NCBI GenBank assembly: GCA_964270895.1
Contig: OZ185439.1
DNA: 64,000 nt
Strand: one strand, 5' to 3'
Source: Podarcis filfolensis
Taxonomy: Eukaryota
The position numbers were made by a program, and so were the translations under genes. Shown here piece after piece: positions 39,279 through 52,961 of this stretch. Position 1 is the first letter of the stretch, and the number at the start of each line of letters is the position of its first letter. The notes under the pieces are model-generated. The model was not told where the DNA came from and ran no database searches. It was given only the letters and a program-made list of their open reading frames with translations.

Positions 39279-39338
39279 CTTCTCAATTATGGTGGCTAAC
39301 AAAGATGGTTGTGTTTTGATGTTTTCTTCATGTATTAT
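39279..39338 (-). other. Candidate 60-nt phase 0-0 exon
   Basis: aatgttttcag|ATAATACAT...GAGAAG|gtaaac; only one open frame, IIHEENIKTQPSLLATIIEK. Short pyrimidine tract; not recognised. Confidence 0.2.
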
Positions 39339-40316
39339 CTGAAAACATTTAATTTCAAGTCATTTTTAGATATAGTCATATACTTTGAACAATGAACACC
39401 TTTTTGAAAATTACTTTCAGAGTCAAAAGCTGTTTTTCACAGAAATCAAGCATCAAGCACAGCAAATTGATCCTGTCAAAAGGTTGTCTACCATGGTGTA
39501 CAATGTAATTTTGGGGGGGACTGAATCAAGAAGGGCTTTTTTGTGATATGGAAGAATTAAAATTCCTATTCAAATTATCATGTGCTTTAAATCACAAACT
39601 CTTTTAGATTTCTCCTATGTCAAAGGAAAGTGCGCCAGATATATAGAACTAAAAATATACATTTTTTAAAATTCTTCCAAGGGGAGTATGTTGATTACAC
39701 ACATCAGGATTCTCAGCACAGGTGTTGTGATCATTCTGCTTGCTAACATAATCCTAATTTTTTGCTTTAAAAAGAAACCTGCTGTGACATTTTTGAGGTA
39801 GAACTTCATGGAGTACTGCAGAGGCTTTGTTGATTAGTGGTTGATCCCAGGCTATGTAGGTGCTAGAAGCATGTGTGCATGTATATCTAGTGTGCCTTGG
39901 GGCTGCTGTAAGTGCATGTTTTTGTCAATGAAGTATTAACTATCTGCTGTTTGTCTTCCTTGGCTGGGTGTGTGCAGGACACTATGCCTTCTGTTGCATT
40001 ATGACAAAAACAAAATGGTGGTGATGGGCAAATGACTTAAAACTCTCAGTGGAGATCCTTTGAACACAGTGCCACAAGCACTCACAAATTAAACAGTAGA
40101 CACTTTTGCTACCCACTTAGACATTTCATTCAGAGACAACAGAGACACTGCTTAGTGAGGGGACATTCCCCAATTCCAGATGCAACCAGTCACAATTTAG
40201 CAGTAGTCAGTGCTCCCCCCCCCAAAAAAAAATGTTTATGGGTACTTTCATTCCGTCTGAGGCTCAGGAAACACCATGACAGGAAATGAGGCTGCCATTG
40301 GGGGTAATGCTGGGGG

Positions 40317-40560
40317 TAATAATAATAATAATTTATTATTTGCACCCCGCCCATCTGGCTGGGTTTCCCCAGCCACTCTGGGCGGCTTCCATAGAAACCA
40401 AAAATACACTAAAATATCACAAATTAAAAACTTCCCTGAACAGGGCTGCCTTAAGATGTCTTCTGAATGTCAGGTAGTTATTTATCGCTTTGACATCTGA
40501 TGGGAGGGCGTTCCACAGGGCAGGCGCCACTACCGAGAAGGCCCTCTGCCTGGTTCCCTG
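40317..40560 (-). mobile_element. L2 LINE 3' end fragment
   Basis: Reverse complement of the 3' UTR and (TAA)n tail of the L2 at 48963-49965 (CCAGAGTGGCTGGGGAAACCCAGCCAGATGGGCGGGG). Confidence 0.9.
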
Positions 40561-42886
40561 TAGCAACAGAACTAACAATTCACCATGCTAGAGGAGAAAC
40601 TAAAATTTAATTTTTTTTTTAGTTTCTTCTCCTGTTAGATTCACAAAATGTTTAGGGTTCTTTGCATCTCCGTCTGCCTTTCCATTTCCTATCCCTTTTT
40701 CTTCCTAATGATCTGGAATACCTAACATCGGGCATTCCTGAAGGTTTCCTAACCTGCCAAGTCAGGGATGAACTCTGTCATTTCTGTCCACATACTTTTA
40801 CTTCCTGCTTCCAGCTTTTTTTCCACCAAATGTTCCCTGCTGCTCTCTCACTCTTCATTGTCTCTCTTCTCATATTGTACTGCTCCTGTGCCTACCAGTC
40901 ACCACCTGGTCTCTCGTGATCCTCATCTCCACTTCTCTCACACACATGACACAATTCAGCTGGTTGAGCCCCACGGTATTTTGGGTACCAGACAACGCCT
41001 GCCACTCCCTCATGAGGATGCTCCAGACACCATCTACCACCATCTGGTGCCCCCTCCCAAGCTCCCCCTGTGGACCATACTGAAAATAAAAGTTGGGGGG
41101 GTCATGTCAATGCCTGCTGTTCTGTTGCTTAACTTCAGCTTGCCAAATGTGTCCCTCAAACTGCCCAACTCTGGAAGACTCTGCAAGTTGTCAACCTGTT
41201 GTTGTTTGGGTTGCTGCCAACATTTCACTGTCTGTCTCCATTATCCCTGCTACTATTGATACAAGGCCATTCTGGAGTACTCACTGTGCATCAAAGAGCT
41301 GTAAAAGCTGGGACAAGTGCCTGCCAGCACTCCTCCTATCATTGCTTGCTACCCATTTAAGTCAGAAGGATGCTGCTCACTGCTGGCTGCTGCCTGCTTT
41401 AATGACAGTGAGACAGACCTGAAGGAGGAGACTGGCCATTGTGACCTCATCCTGATGCTGCTTGCCTGAAGGATCCAGAAACTGGAGTAATATGTTTGGG
41501 TTAGAAGTCGTCATCACTGTATCTTCAGAACAAAAGTTCAAGTCTTGAAGGAAAATAACTTCTTTTCAACCATCTATTCTAACTTGATCTCTCTTATTCA
41601 GTATGTGTAGCTGATGGTTTGTATCATCTTATTTACACTATGAAGCATAGCACTCCTATTTAGCCTGGAAACAAAAAAGTAACATTCATAAATATTACAG
41701 TGAAAATGCCACAAAGGTTTTTTGAAATATAAATGCCAAAAGAATAGACAACTTTAATATGTTGCATCATTATGAAATATCTTGCTATATGCCAGATTGA
41801 GACAAGAGTAATGATAGACGCAGAGTTTGACAGACGAAGAATTAAACAGATGTGCCCTAAACATTTTTTACTCTGATGGCTGCATTCAACATGACATGTT
41901 TTTTAAAAGCTAAAGCTCTTGCATGTAGAAAGAAAGAAAGAAAAACAAGAAGGAACAAATAGGAAGAAAATATTCGCTCTACTGTATATTCTAAAACGAT
42001 CTTGAGGAATAATCTGAGCAAAGCAAAAACTATGATACAGAACAACAATGAATAAGTCAGCTGGTCTAAACGTAGTAAGTATAATAAAACAACAACAGCA
42101 ACAACAATAATAGATATCACATGACTATTAGGACTGCAAGGTTAAATGTTCAAATTGGCAAAACATATTTATGGGTGTCTTTTTGAAGGAAAATATGTAC
42201 AAATGAAGATGTTACAGCTACCATTCATGTTGTCAGAACTAAGGGCCATAATTAGTATTTTATTCTAAATGTCAGTTACGCAAAAGGTGCAAAATAGCTG
42301 CTTCTTTTTTTTTTCTAGTGATCTGAATTCACATATCTGTCCATGAAATTTTGATTTCAACAATTAAACTTGGCACCCACCAATCAGCTAAAGCTTTGAT
42401 TTAGGGAAAGTTTAGGGGAGGAAAACCTCAGGCACAGGAGTAAATGTTCTCCATCTGACCCTCACAATTCTTTCAGGTCACGTCCCCTCTCCCAGGCCAT
42501 ACCCCCAGTGGTTCTGCTGAATGCCCATCTCAAAAGCTTTTGCCTGGTTGAAATACCTCCTTGAATTCTTGCTTGCATGGATGGAGAGATGTGTCTGTCT
42601 GTAGAAACCTCTGGCTTCCACTTAGTTAGAATGTAGCTTCCTGTACATTTTGTTTCCTTGTTTCCTCACCCACTTTTCCCTCTGCCCCCACCCACTTTTT
42701 GCCTCTCAGACGGCCTACCACGGACATTACCCTGGAAGAGTGCCCATGAAGGAACGTGTCCCTTGAACTGAAAAAGTTCCCCAACCCTGATTTAATTGAC
42801 CAACATACCAATTAAACAGTGTGACCCTAGATGTTAATGATCACAATTGTATCCTTCTCTCCTTCCCTTTTTTGCCCTTACAACTA

Positions 42887-43146
42887 CTATATTTTTCGCT
42901 CTATAAGATGCACCAGACCACAAGACGCACCTATTTTTTTGGAGGAGGAAAACAAGAAAAAAAAATTTCTGAATCTCAGAAGCCAGAACAGCAAGAGGGA
43001 TTGCTGCTCAGCGAAAGCAGCGATCCCTCTTTCTGTTCTGGCTTCTGGGATAGCTGTGCAGCCTGCATTCGCTCCATAAGATGCACACACATTTCCCCTT
43101 ACTTTTTAGGAGGGAAAAGGTGAGTCTTATAGAGCAAAAAATACGG
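42887..43146. mobile_element. Tc2-like MITE, same family as 30701-30959
   Basis: Colinear with the 30701 copy; left TIR CTATATTTTTCGCTCTATAAGATGCAC, right ...TATAGAGCAAAAAATACGG. Confidence 0.92.
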
Positions 43147-43732
43147 TTATTTGAAAAAAAATGGGTCAGGAAACAAAATGGCTAGAAAATCATTTTCTGA
43201 GAAATTTCAGCTGACTCCTAATCACATCCACATCTCTCCCAAATTTGGGTTCACCTTATAAGATTTGATGCAAGGGGTCCAGCTGTCTCCACTGCTGTAC
43301 CTTCCATTTCCCCTAAATACAGCAGTATTTAGGAAATATGGTAATGAGAGCAGCAGCAGCATTGGGGAGCCCCTGCTAGGGTGGCCGTGTGTCCCACTTT
43401 TCAAAGGCCAGTCCTCTATTTTGAAGGGCTGTCTGAGGACAGTCCTCACTTGGTTTGCTTATGAATCACCTTTCAGATAAATTTCAATGTGATTTACAAC
43501 CATGCAGTGTAACAACTAAAAATAGGTTTTAAAACAATACGAATCAACACCCAAGGCAGAGATCTGAAAATGTTTTCATCCAGGTGGAAAAACTTGCTCA
43601 AGCAAAAGCATTTTCAGTTCTTTCCAGAATCTACAAAAAGTGGGTCCCTGTCTTTTCTCAACAGAGATGCAGTTCCTGCTACATCTAATTATAGTGACAA
43701 TTCAAAAAAATAAACAAATCTCTATACAAATA

Positions 43733-43796
43733 GAACCATAGAATTGTAGAGTTGAAAGGGACCATTCAGATCACCTAGTCCAACCCCCTGCAATCT
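43733..43796 (-). mobile_element. CR1 extreme 3' tail fragment
   Basis: AGAACCATAGAATTGTAGAGTTGAAAGGGACC...TAGTCCAACCCCCTGC is the typical reverse-complemented CR1 3' end. Confidence 0.8.
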
Positions 43797-44165
43797 CATC
43801 TGAGCTATAATTTATTGTATGAGAATTAGTGCCCTCTTTTGTCTTCTGTTTTGGTGGCATTTTTTGGGGGAGGGGGGTATACTTCATAACTGGCCATCCT
43901 TGTCCCAGAACTGAGCCTTCTGCTGTACCATGCACCAGTTCCCTTGGGGTACTTTAATGTTCCTGCAGTCCAGCAGTCTGCTGTGGCAATATTCTCAGCC
44001 ATAGACACCTAGCAGCAGCCTATAAGTCTATAAGAATTGGGGAACCTTTAAAGAATATTTAGAAAACTATGGAATAAAAGGAAACATCTTGGCAGAATTA
44101 GACTGATCCCTGTATTGTATAAATATAAGTTTGTAGGGAGGTAAAAGGAAATTATATAAGAAATA

Positions 44166-44668
44166 CCGTATTTTTCGCTATATAGGATGCACCCGACCAT
44201 AGGACGCACCTTGTTTTAGAGGGGGAGAACAAGAAAAAAAATTCTCCCCCTCTCTGCTCAGCGCCCCTTCAGCGAAGCGGCAGGAGAAATGGAGCGCCTT
44301 CCATTTCTCCTCCCGCTTGGCTGAAGGGACGCTGCGCAGCTCTCCCTCTCTGCTGAAGCCAGGAGTCTTGCTCTCCCGGCTTCAGCAAAAGGAACCTGAA
44401 GCCTGCGGAGCGCAGCGGGAACTCGTGCTGCACTCAGAAGGCTTCAGGCGGCTATCCCTGAAGCCTGGAGAGCGAGAGGGGTCCGTGTGCACTGCCCCCT
44501 CTCGCTCTCCAGGCTTCAGCGAAAGCAAAGCGAAACCTCCGGAGTGCTTCGGAGGCTTCGCGTTGCTATCGCTGAAGCCAAGGAGCCTACATTTGCTCCA
44601 CAGGACACACACACATTTCCCCTTAATTTTTGGAGGGGGAAAAGTGCGTCCTATAGAGCGAAAAATAC
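44166..44668. mobile_element. Longer Tc2-like MITE with an internal array of hairpins
   Basis: Left TA+CCGTATTTTTCGCTATATAGGATGCAC; right GTGCGTCCTATAGAGCGAAAAATAC with the last 2 nt and TA missing; about five internal inverted repeats. Confidence 0.9.
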
Positions 44669-45211
44669 CTTTGCTACAAAGTAGGTTTGTGGGAAAGGGA
44701 AAGGGAGAAAATGACTCTAGGAGGATGTGCTTTGGACCACTCATGCCCATAATGAGGTCATAAGGGGGGGAAATCCTACCATTTCTATTACTTTAGGTGG
44801 GGAATTATTTGTTTTAACTGAGCTCAATCAGTATCAAGAAGAGGCTTATATATTGTGAATGAAATCATGGAGGGAAATGCAGGAAGATTTTATAACACTG
44901 TATTTGTTAAGCCAGGTACCCGTATAAATCCTGGTCTTTTATATGATGCAATGGAGATTCAGAGACTCAACTTATGCTCCTAACATAGGGTTTTGACTGT
45001 TTTCTGATAACCAGTATCCTCACAATACTTTTCCCAATTCTGCCTTGGGAATGGCTATCCAATAATTTTGAACCATCTGTTAATAATATTCTAGAAATCC
45101 CAATTTCTAAAATGGTAGCTGTGTGAGTAGCTGTGTCACAGTTAAAACAACAAATAATCATGTGCCACCGTTCACATTCCTTCAGATGTGAAGGAAATAA
45201 GCAGCTATCCT

Positions 45212-45375
45212 ATCTTTAAAAGACATCTGAAGGCAGCCCTGTTTAGGGAAGTTTTTAATATTTAATGCTGCACTGTTTTTAACATTTGATTGGGAGCCAC
45301 CCAGAGTGGCTGGGGAAACTCAGCCAGATAGGCAGGGTATAAATAATAAATTATTATTAATTATTATTATTATTA
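45212..45375 (+). mobile_element. L2 LINE 3' end fragment
   Basis: ATCTGAAGGCAGCCCTGTTTAGGGAAGTTTTTAAT...CCAGAGTGGCTGGGGAAAC...GGGTATAAATAATAAATTATT matches 49810-49945. Confidence 0.9.
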
Positions 45376-45661
45376 TTTCAGATATAACCTGGATCCTTCC
45401 AGGGCTAACAGTTCAACTGCAATTAACTATCAATAACATGCAGTTTTGAGAAGCTTCTCTGAGGTGCTTTTCACAAGTCCTGCTTCCAGCAGTCTCAAGA
45501 ACCTATAAAGCATAGATTGGTACATGTCATTGAAGGTGGGTACTCCTTTCCTAAATCATATTTACTCTTGCTAAAAGGTGAGGCTGGAATTACTGGATAT
45601 ATTCCTTTGACTATGCAGATATTCTTCTGCAGTGGGGAAGTCATTCCCCTCTGATCCATTA

Positions 45662-45907
45662 CAGTCATACCTTGGAAGTCAAACGGAATCCATTCTGGAA
45701 ATCTGTTCGACTTCCAAAATGTTCAGAAACCAAAGCATGGCTTCTGATTGGCTGCAAGAAGCTCCTTCAGACAATTGGAAGCCCCGCCGGATACAGTATT
45801 TGGCTTCCAAAAATAGTTCGCAAACTGGAACAGTCACTTCCAGGTTTGCGGCGTTCGGGAGTCAAAACGTTCAAAAACTAAGCTGTTCAAAAACCAAGGT
45901 ATGAGTG
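45662..45907. mobile_element. Tigger-like MITE (second family)
   Basis: TIRs CAGTCATACCTTGG / CCAAGGTATGAGTG (13/14); TA flanks. Confidence 0.88.
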
Positions 45908-45914
45908 TATTCAT

Positions 45915-46120
45915 TTTATTTCTTACATTTCTATACCACCTTTCCCTCTAAGGAGCTGAAGGCGGTGTACATGGTTCTTCTCCTCCCCATTTTAACCTCA
46001 CAAACTTGCAAGGCTGAGAGGCTGTTGCTGGCCCTAAGTTTGTGGCTCACTGAGGTTCGTGGCTCAGTGGAGATTTGAATCCTGGTCTCCTACATCATAG
46101 ACAAACACTTTGATCATTAC
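45915..46120 (-). mobile_element. Old tRNA/CORE-like SINE remnant
   Basis: ATACCACCTTTCC...AAGGAGCTGAAGGCGG...CCCCATTTT...GGATTTGAATCC (reverse B box)...ACACTT...CATTACA layout recalled for MIR/Squam2-like SINEs. Confidence 0.5.
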
Positions 46121-48962
46121 ATAATGCACTGGGGCTGCTGGAGGGTGTCAGGCTGCCTCCTGGGGCATTTAATCTGTCTTTGGAAATGGACTTTGACTCT
46201 TAGAACCCTGTAAACACTACTACTATGGAACTTACTCCCATGGGTTACAGAATTTTTAGAAATATATTTTCCATTATGTACTAATTTTCATTTCTCTGAT
46301 TACCTAAGAATAAATCTATTTTCATTAGTTGTGGACCAAACTTCCTCTGCATTTTCACCTTCTGTGTCTATCTACATTTTCTTAATGCTCTGTTGTGCTA
46401 TATCCTGTTGGTAAACAGATGCTTTGGTTTTTATAGGAGAAACTGAGGCACTAGAGGAATCATAAAAGGGAATGATATGGTGCTCTTTTTCGAGTTGAGG
46501 CAAGCAATTACTATCATTTTTGCAATTTATGAATTTTAACATCTAAGCATGCAAGAGAAAGTGATTGGTTAAAAAAAAAGGATAATCTATCGTGCCCTGG
46601 GTCTTCGCAGCACTCTAGAGGGTGATTTAATCTCTTAGGTGTGAAGACCCCAGGCTGGTTGCATCATATGCGATGTGTGCAAACTCAGATGTAGTGTTTA
46701 ACAAAAAAGTCATTTTGACCTGTGGGAATGCATAGTCTTCAAGGCACAGAGTGTTCGTGTGGAGCCGTTAACTAGAAAAATCCTATGCATCCCTATGTAT
46801 ATTTATGAGCAGCTGTGCCAATAACTTTCCTACAAAAGAAGGAGCCAATAGCTAGAAAGGCAGGCATATTCTCAACGTAGTCGAAACAACAAAGGCTGGC
46901 AACAATCTAAAAGATTAGAAAATTAACATGTAAAAGCCATACTGGTATAGTACCTTTATTTCCCCCATCAGATGTATTTGTAATAATATTGAAATAGTAA
47001 TTTCCTTTGGCAAGTTTTGTTATTTAAATGCAGATGCTTTCACTTCTTAAAAGAAAATGATAACAACCATCAGGAAGTCAAAGAAAATAATGCCTAAATC
47101 TCACAGCACTGCAAAAGGCTAAACAAACAAAAAGTAGAATGGCTCCTGTGCTGAGTGAGTTAGGACTATTGATTGAGTTATTAAGCAAGTAAGGAGGAGT
47201 GATTTCTGAAGCCTATCAATGTTCTCAAATGCTCTGCTGTGCTATACAAATGTGTCCAGTTGTTGTAATATTACTGTCAGGCTGGCAGACTGGAGGCAAA
47301 GAGATGCCAGGCAGGCAGAAAGGTGGGGTTGAGGATTCTGAGACTAGAACATTCCAGCTATTAAATGGTGAAGAATAGACTGCTTCAGGTGGCACATTTT
47401 AGTGTTCTACTGAAGACGCATTGAACTGTTAATTATTCTGTTATTATATTATCTCTGCCATGGGTTGGGATATTCTGCTTCAGGCACCAAAATATATCTG
47501 GTCACATCACGGGTTAAGGAATCTCTTTGAGCAAATGTTACACAGATGGAAGAGCCAAATCTTTAAAGGACCTGGTGACACACTTTGTTGTGAACCACCC
47601 TGAGATCTATGGATGAAGGGCGCTATACAAATAAGTAAATAAATAAAACAACTAGCCTTCTTGTGTCACCTGAGCTGGGCTGATAGCTGCACTCCTACCT
47701 TCTGGGCGACTGCAACAGTGGTGCTGAAGCTCATCAGAGAGCAGGCTAGCAACTCTGTTCTGACAAGATACCATGACAAACAGAGCCATAAAGCTACATT
47801 CCTGGATTGAGACCTTTGGTGCCTTACCATTTTAATGTCTGGTATAGGGTTTAGGTAAGTTTTCTGCAATAAGGGGAAACACATTGGTTGAGATTTCCAC
47901 AGGGAACACTTTATAAAATTACTTCCTCCTCCTTAACTGCAAAACAGGGGCTATCTTTTAAATTATGGGCTGTTGAGAACTATGATTTATGTCAAGGAGA
48001 AGCTTTACAAATCCACTGACCAAATATCACCTTTTGCTAGAGATTTTACGTACACCAAACAGGACTCAGATAAAGCCCTTTTGAAATAGCAGACATGCTG
48101 GAAATTATTTTCACATGAAATCTCATCTGATGCATTAAAGTACAAGCATACATATTTTCAAGGCTCCCATAAGAATATGGACATGATATAAACATGAAAT
48201 ATTTGTCTACAGTTTAGATCATCCAACACAAACACACATTTTGTCCTTATATTTTTGAAGACATCCCCATATGCAAACAATATTCAGAAAGGTTAAAGAA
48301 GTCAATAGGCTGTGTGGAGATACATAGCTCTGCATTTTGAATACCTTCATTATTTTTATTGTTTGTAACCTACTCATAATTTACCTTAAGCTCAATGGGA
48401 CATGCAACATATTGTTTGTGGAGAAGGAAAAATTCCACTAAATTTCCTGGGTACCTGATTCCCCCACCCCACCTAATTTCTTGAGTTAGTAGCTGTAGGA
48501 GATTACTAAATGATTTTTACCTAGTTTTTACCTAGGTGTGACACAGCTTAGCAATGTAAAAGTGTAGACTGAATGAGTTTTCTGGCTGGGAATTGCTTGG
48601 AGAAAAAAACCACCATGTAGTTCAAAGGAAGGTAATGGGTGGTGGACCCAGTAACCTTGTGCCAAGCAGCAGAGCAGTGTGAGCCTCTCCTCCCATGAGG
48701 GAATAGTGAGCAGAGACAAAGGACTACAGTGTTTGATGATGTAAGCTGGGAGGGGGAGGTTGCCAGGGTTACAGGGGACATGATGTCACACGAGAAAAAT
48801 ATATCCTTTTAAAACAGAGGTTTGAAGGAATGGGGGAGAAAACTCCATGTGTGCTGGTTGGGAGATGCTGTACTGAGAGACCGGAAAGCATGGCTGGCTT
48901 CTGCTCTGGGCCCAAGCTTGTTGAAGCTATGAGGGGACCAATAAGAGACATTAAGAGCAATA

Positions 48963-49965
48963 ACATCTATATGAAGCTGCTTGGAGAGATCATCAGGGAG
49001 TTTGGGCTGGGTGTTCATCAGTATGCGGATAATACCCAGCTCTTTCTCTCCTTCAAATCAGAACCAGTGAGGGCAGTGAAGGTCCTGTGTGAGTGTCTGG
49101 GGGCGGTTGGAGGATGGATGGCAGCTAATGGATTGAGGTTGAATCCTGACAAGACAGAAGTACTGTTTTGGGGGGACAGGGGGTGGTCGGGTGTGGAGTA
49201 CTTGCTGGTCCTGAATGGGGTATCTGTGCCCCTGAAGGACCAGGTGTGCAGCCTGGGAATAATTTTGGACTCACAGCTGTCCATGGAGGTGCAGATTGAT
49301 TCTGTGTCCAGGGCAGCTGTCTACCAGCTCCATCTGGTACGGAGGCCGAGACCCCACCTGCCCGCAGACTGTCTTGCCAGACAGTCTAGTTATCTCCTCT
49401 TGGACTACTCCAACGCGCTCTACGTGGGACTACCTTTGAAGGTGACCCGGAAACTACAACTAATCCAGAAAGTGGCAGCTAGACTAGCGACTGGGAGTGG
49501 CCGCCGAGACCATATAACACGGGTTCTGAAAGACCTACATTGACTCCCAGTATGTTTCCGAGCACAATTCAAAGTGTTGGTGCCGACCTTTAAAGCCCTA
49601 AACGGCCTCGGCCCAATATACTGGAAGGAGTGTCTCCACCCCCCCCCCATCGTTCACCCAGGATACTGAGGTCCAGCTCCAAGGGCCTTCTGGTGGTTCC
49701 CTCACTGCAAGAAGCGAGGCAGAGGGCCTTCTCGGTAGTGGCACCTGCCCTGTGGAACGCCCTCCTATCAGATGTCAAGGATATAAACAACTATCTGACT
49801 TGAAGAAACCATCTGAAGGCAGTCATGTTTAGGGAAGTTTTTAATGTTTAATGTTTTATCGTGCTTTTAATATTCTGTTGGGAGCTGCCCAGAGTGGCTG
49901 AGGAAACCCAGCCAGATGGGCAGGGTATAAATAATAAATTATTACTATTATTGTTGTTATTATTA
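48963..49965 (+). mobile_element. L2-clade LINE, 5'-truncated, RT C-terminus plus 3' UTR
   Basis: HQYADNTQLFLSF, WMAANGLRLNPDKTEVL, DYSNALYVGLP, KLQLIQKVAARL, DHITRVLKDLH*; internal deletion and premature stop; (TAA)n-type tail. ORF 48830..49543 begins in flanking DNA. Confidence 0.95.
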
Positions 49966-50864
49966 TTAGAACAATAAGACTGTAGAACTGTGTAAAAAAA
50001 AATAGCTTTCCTAATATAACCTTTGATTTTCAGTTTATTCCTAACTTGTTTATTCTTGTGAACTGCCCTGAGAGCCTTTGATGAAGGGCGGTTTATAAAA
50101 CTAATAAATAAGAATAAGAATAACAACTAATTGAGGTGTAGTGTTCTGCACTCCCCTCCACCTAAACTCGTGTGTAAATAAACAGTGTTTTTTAAAGACA
50201 CTACAGCACAGGTTCCCAAACTTATTTGGCCTATCACCCCCTTTTCAGAAAAAAACAAACCTAGTGAAAATCTACATTTTTAAAGAAGAAACAGAAAGAT
50301 AAAGTGACAAATTTCTGTTGGCGGACTTGACCACTGATCGGTTTTAACTTGCATTTTGTGTGTCTACTTGGAAAATAATTACTATGACTTTAACTCTATG
50401 TTACATCACTAAGCATCATTAAACAACAGATGAAACATGTATGAATATTTTTTTTTTCAAAATTCTCTTCTTTCTTTATGCTTCCACCAACCCTTTATTT
50501 TTATTCAATGCCTCCCAATTGCACCCTAGGCTACTATCGCCCCCCTGGATCATTCCAGTGCCCCCTAGGGAGCGGTATCACCCACTTTGACAAACACAGC
50601 CCTATGGTTTCTGCCATGCCTCATTCTGAAGGAATACAAACCCTGGAATTGTGCTACCATTCGGAAGAGATTGGGGTAACAATAGAGAGAAATACGCTCT
50701 TAAAAGTGGCCAAATCACTCATTGTTGGTGATGATGACTCACAATGCAATAGTATTTTAGAAATGCAATCTGTCAAGAGAGAACTCTGAACATATGAAAC
50801 TGTCTTACTGTTGACCTTCAACCTGCAGTGGTTTTTCCAAGGTCTCACCTTTCTCCTTGAGATC

Positions 50865-50975
50865 TAGTTGCAGCCTTGCTATCAGAGTTCCTTTTAAACT
50901 GAGATGCCAGTGATTGACCCCGCGCCTGTCTGCAAACAAGACAGATGCTCTACCAAAGTTATGAGCTGTTTGCTT
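50865..50975 (-). mobile_element. Squam3-like tRNA SINE head
   Basis: Minus strand TGGTAGAGCATCTG...GGGGTCAATCACTGGCATCTCAGTTTAAAAGG (A and B boxes). Confidence 0.6.
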
Positions 50976-52961
50976 GTTTTATCAGCTATACCTCGGACCA
51001 AAGGCATAAAGACACATCAGCTCCCTATTAGAATATATAAAGACGAAGATATATTGCACAGCAAAACTTGTTAGCACCTCATTAGGACAGATGGTACCAA
51101 TAAAAAAAGAATAAATAGCCTGGAAGCAACACAAGAAGAGAACCTGGAGAAAATCCACCAGAACTTATTACAGAACAATCTGTCTGAGGAGGCAGCATTT
51201 GTTGAGCAGAGAATGGAACCAAGGAGTTGAAAGTCACACTAATAGGAGTAATTTTGAACCCTGGAGGACCTTCAGCCAAATGATGAAGCAAGACCTCAGA
51301 TAAGCACCACACAATGCTTAAGTGTATGATTTAAGGCATGTGTCTCCTCTTCTGCATGTTATTAACCTTATCTCTCGGTCGCTCTTATTTCTCAAGACTA
51401 TTCAACACCATCCCAGTAAAGGGGAAGCCCTTTGATTTCATCTTCAAAAAGAGCTGTGGGGAGCAAAGTTTGTTTTCTAAGACTGATATAATGAGCTACT
51501 TTCTGGACCTCCCCAGATCATTAAAATGTTCAGGCGAGCTTTTGAAAACAAGCTCTTAGATTTATCTGCCTGATCTTCTGTATCCTACAGAGCTGCAATT
51601 CCAGCTGGTATATCTGAGATGACAAGGAACTTGAACATTTGCTTGCCTTTATCTAAAATGGTCTCTGGTGGACTGGTGGAGGGGGGAAAAACTGTTCATG
51701 AAAATGGCCATATTATTAAGCATATCAGGCTCTCTTCAATGAAGTCGTGACCGCTGGTCTACCTAGCCCAATGTGGTGAATTTCAGTGTTTTCTCAAATT
51801 TCTGATGCTATGATAGCATCAACCGTAGCCTCCTAACAACCCTTCCTGTGGTCTTCACCACTGCCATCAAACAGAAGCCATTTGTTTCCTAGTAATTCCC
51901 AGTAATTCCTAGTAATTGCTTCAACTTCTGTAGTTTATAAAGGCCCAGTTTATAAAGACTCACTGTACCCGATGTGGGAATGCTATCAAGTATGTGGTGA
52001 AAATTAAGGCATCAGACTAAGATTTAAGCAAATTAACTTTTAGTAAAATATTTTAAACAGCAGCAATTTAACAGATATTGGGCAATATCTAATTTTGGCA
52101 GCTCACAAACGCAACAGCGATTCTACTATCAGGAACTAAAACTAGGATGCCTATGAGTGTGCCAATAGGGAACCATAGTAAGAATTATACTCAGTGAAAT
52201 ATCCAAGTTTCCAGGGTTCCTTTTCTTTCTTTAAAACATTATGTTTCACTCATTATTATTTGTATACTTAAACAGTGATACCCAAGAGGGCATAGGCATA
52301 CTGAACAAAAGTAATAATCATAATAATAAATTAAAGCTTACAACTTTCCTAAATGACAGGATTGCCACTGGCCAGCAGCTGATGGGTCTAAATCCACAGA
52401 TAATTCAATTGTGACACATTTCTAGTCCAAAAACTGCGATACACAAGGCATCATAATGGAATTATGCTAATAATAAAAGCAGAATTGTAATATTTGTTTT
52501 TAAAAAAGCTAAGTAATGGCAGTATTTTGTTTTCTAAAATCATTTAGATACAAGAAACAATCTGCTAGGGATTTATTTACAGTTATGTAATGATAACAAG
52601 CTAATAGTTCAGAAGTATAGCAAAGAAACATGTTCTTTTAAAAAACAAAACAAAAACAAAACACCTTACAAACAAAAAATTACTGTTCTGGTTTTGACAT
52701 CAAAGAGACCTCAAACAAGTCATTAATACAAACAAACAAATAACACACACACAGAGAGAGGGGATAGATTCCATTTTTACATAAAATTTAAATTAATTAT
52801 TTTTTGTCATTTCACAGGGGTACAACTAGACAGGGATAGTATCTGGTGGTGTGTGTTAAATAACAGATACAACAAAAGAGACCCCAGAAACTGTGAAAAG
52901 ATAAACAGCAACAGTATTGGTTGTGTAGGCAAAATAATAATAAGAAAGTATTCATTACTGC

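Noticed and set aside
48830-49543. 237-aa ORF as a host gene
   Set aside because: It is L2 reverse transcriptase read in from flanking DNA, with a deletion and a premature stop.
50850-50935. Minus-strand exon-like segment with AAG|GTGAGA
   Set aside because: The acceptor and most of the segment derive from a tRNA SINE head; no other support.
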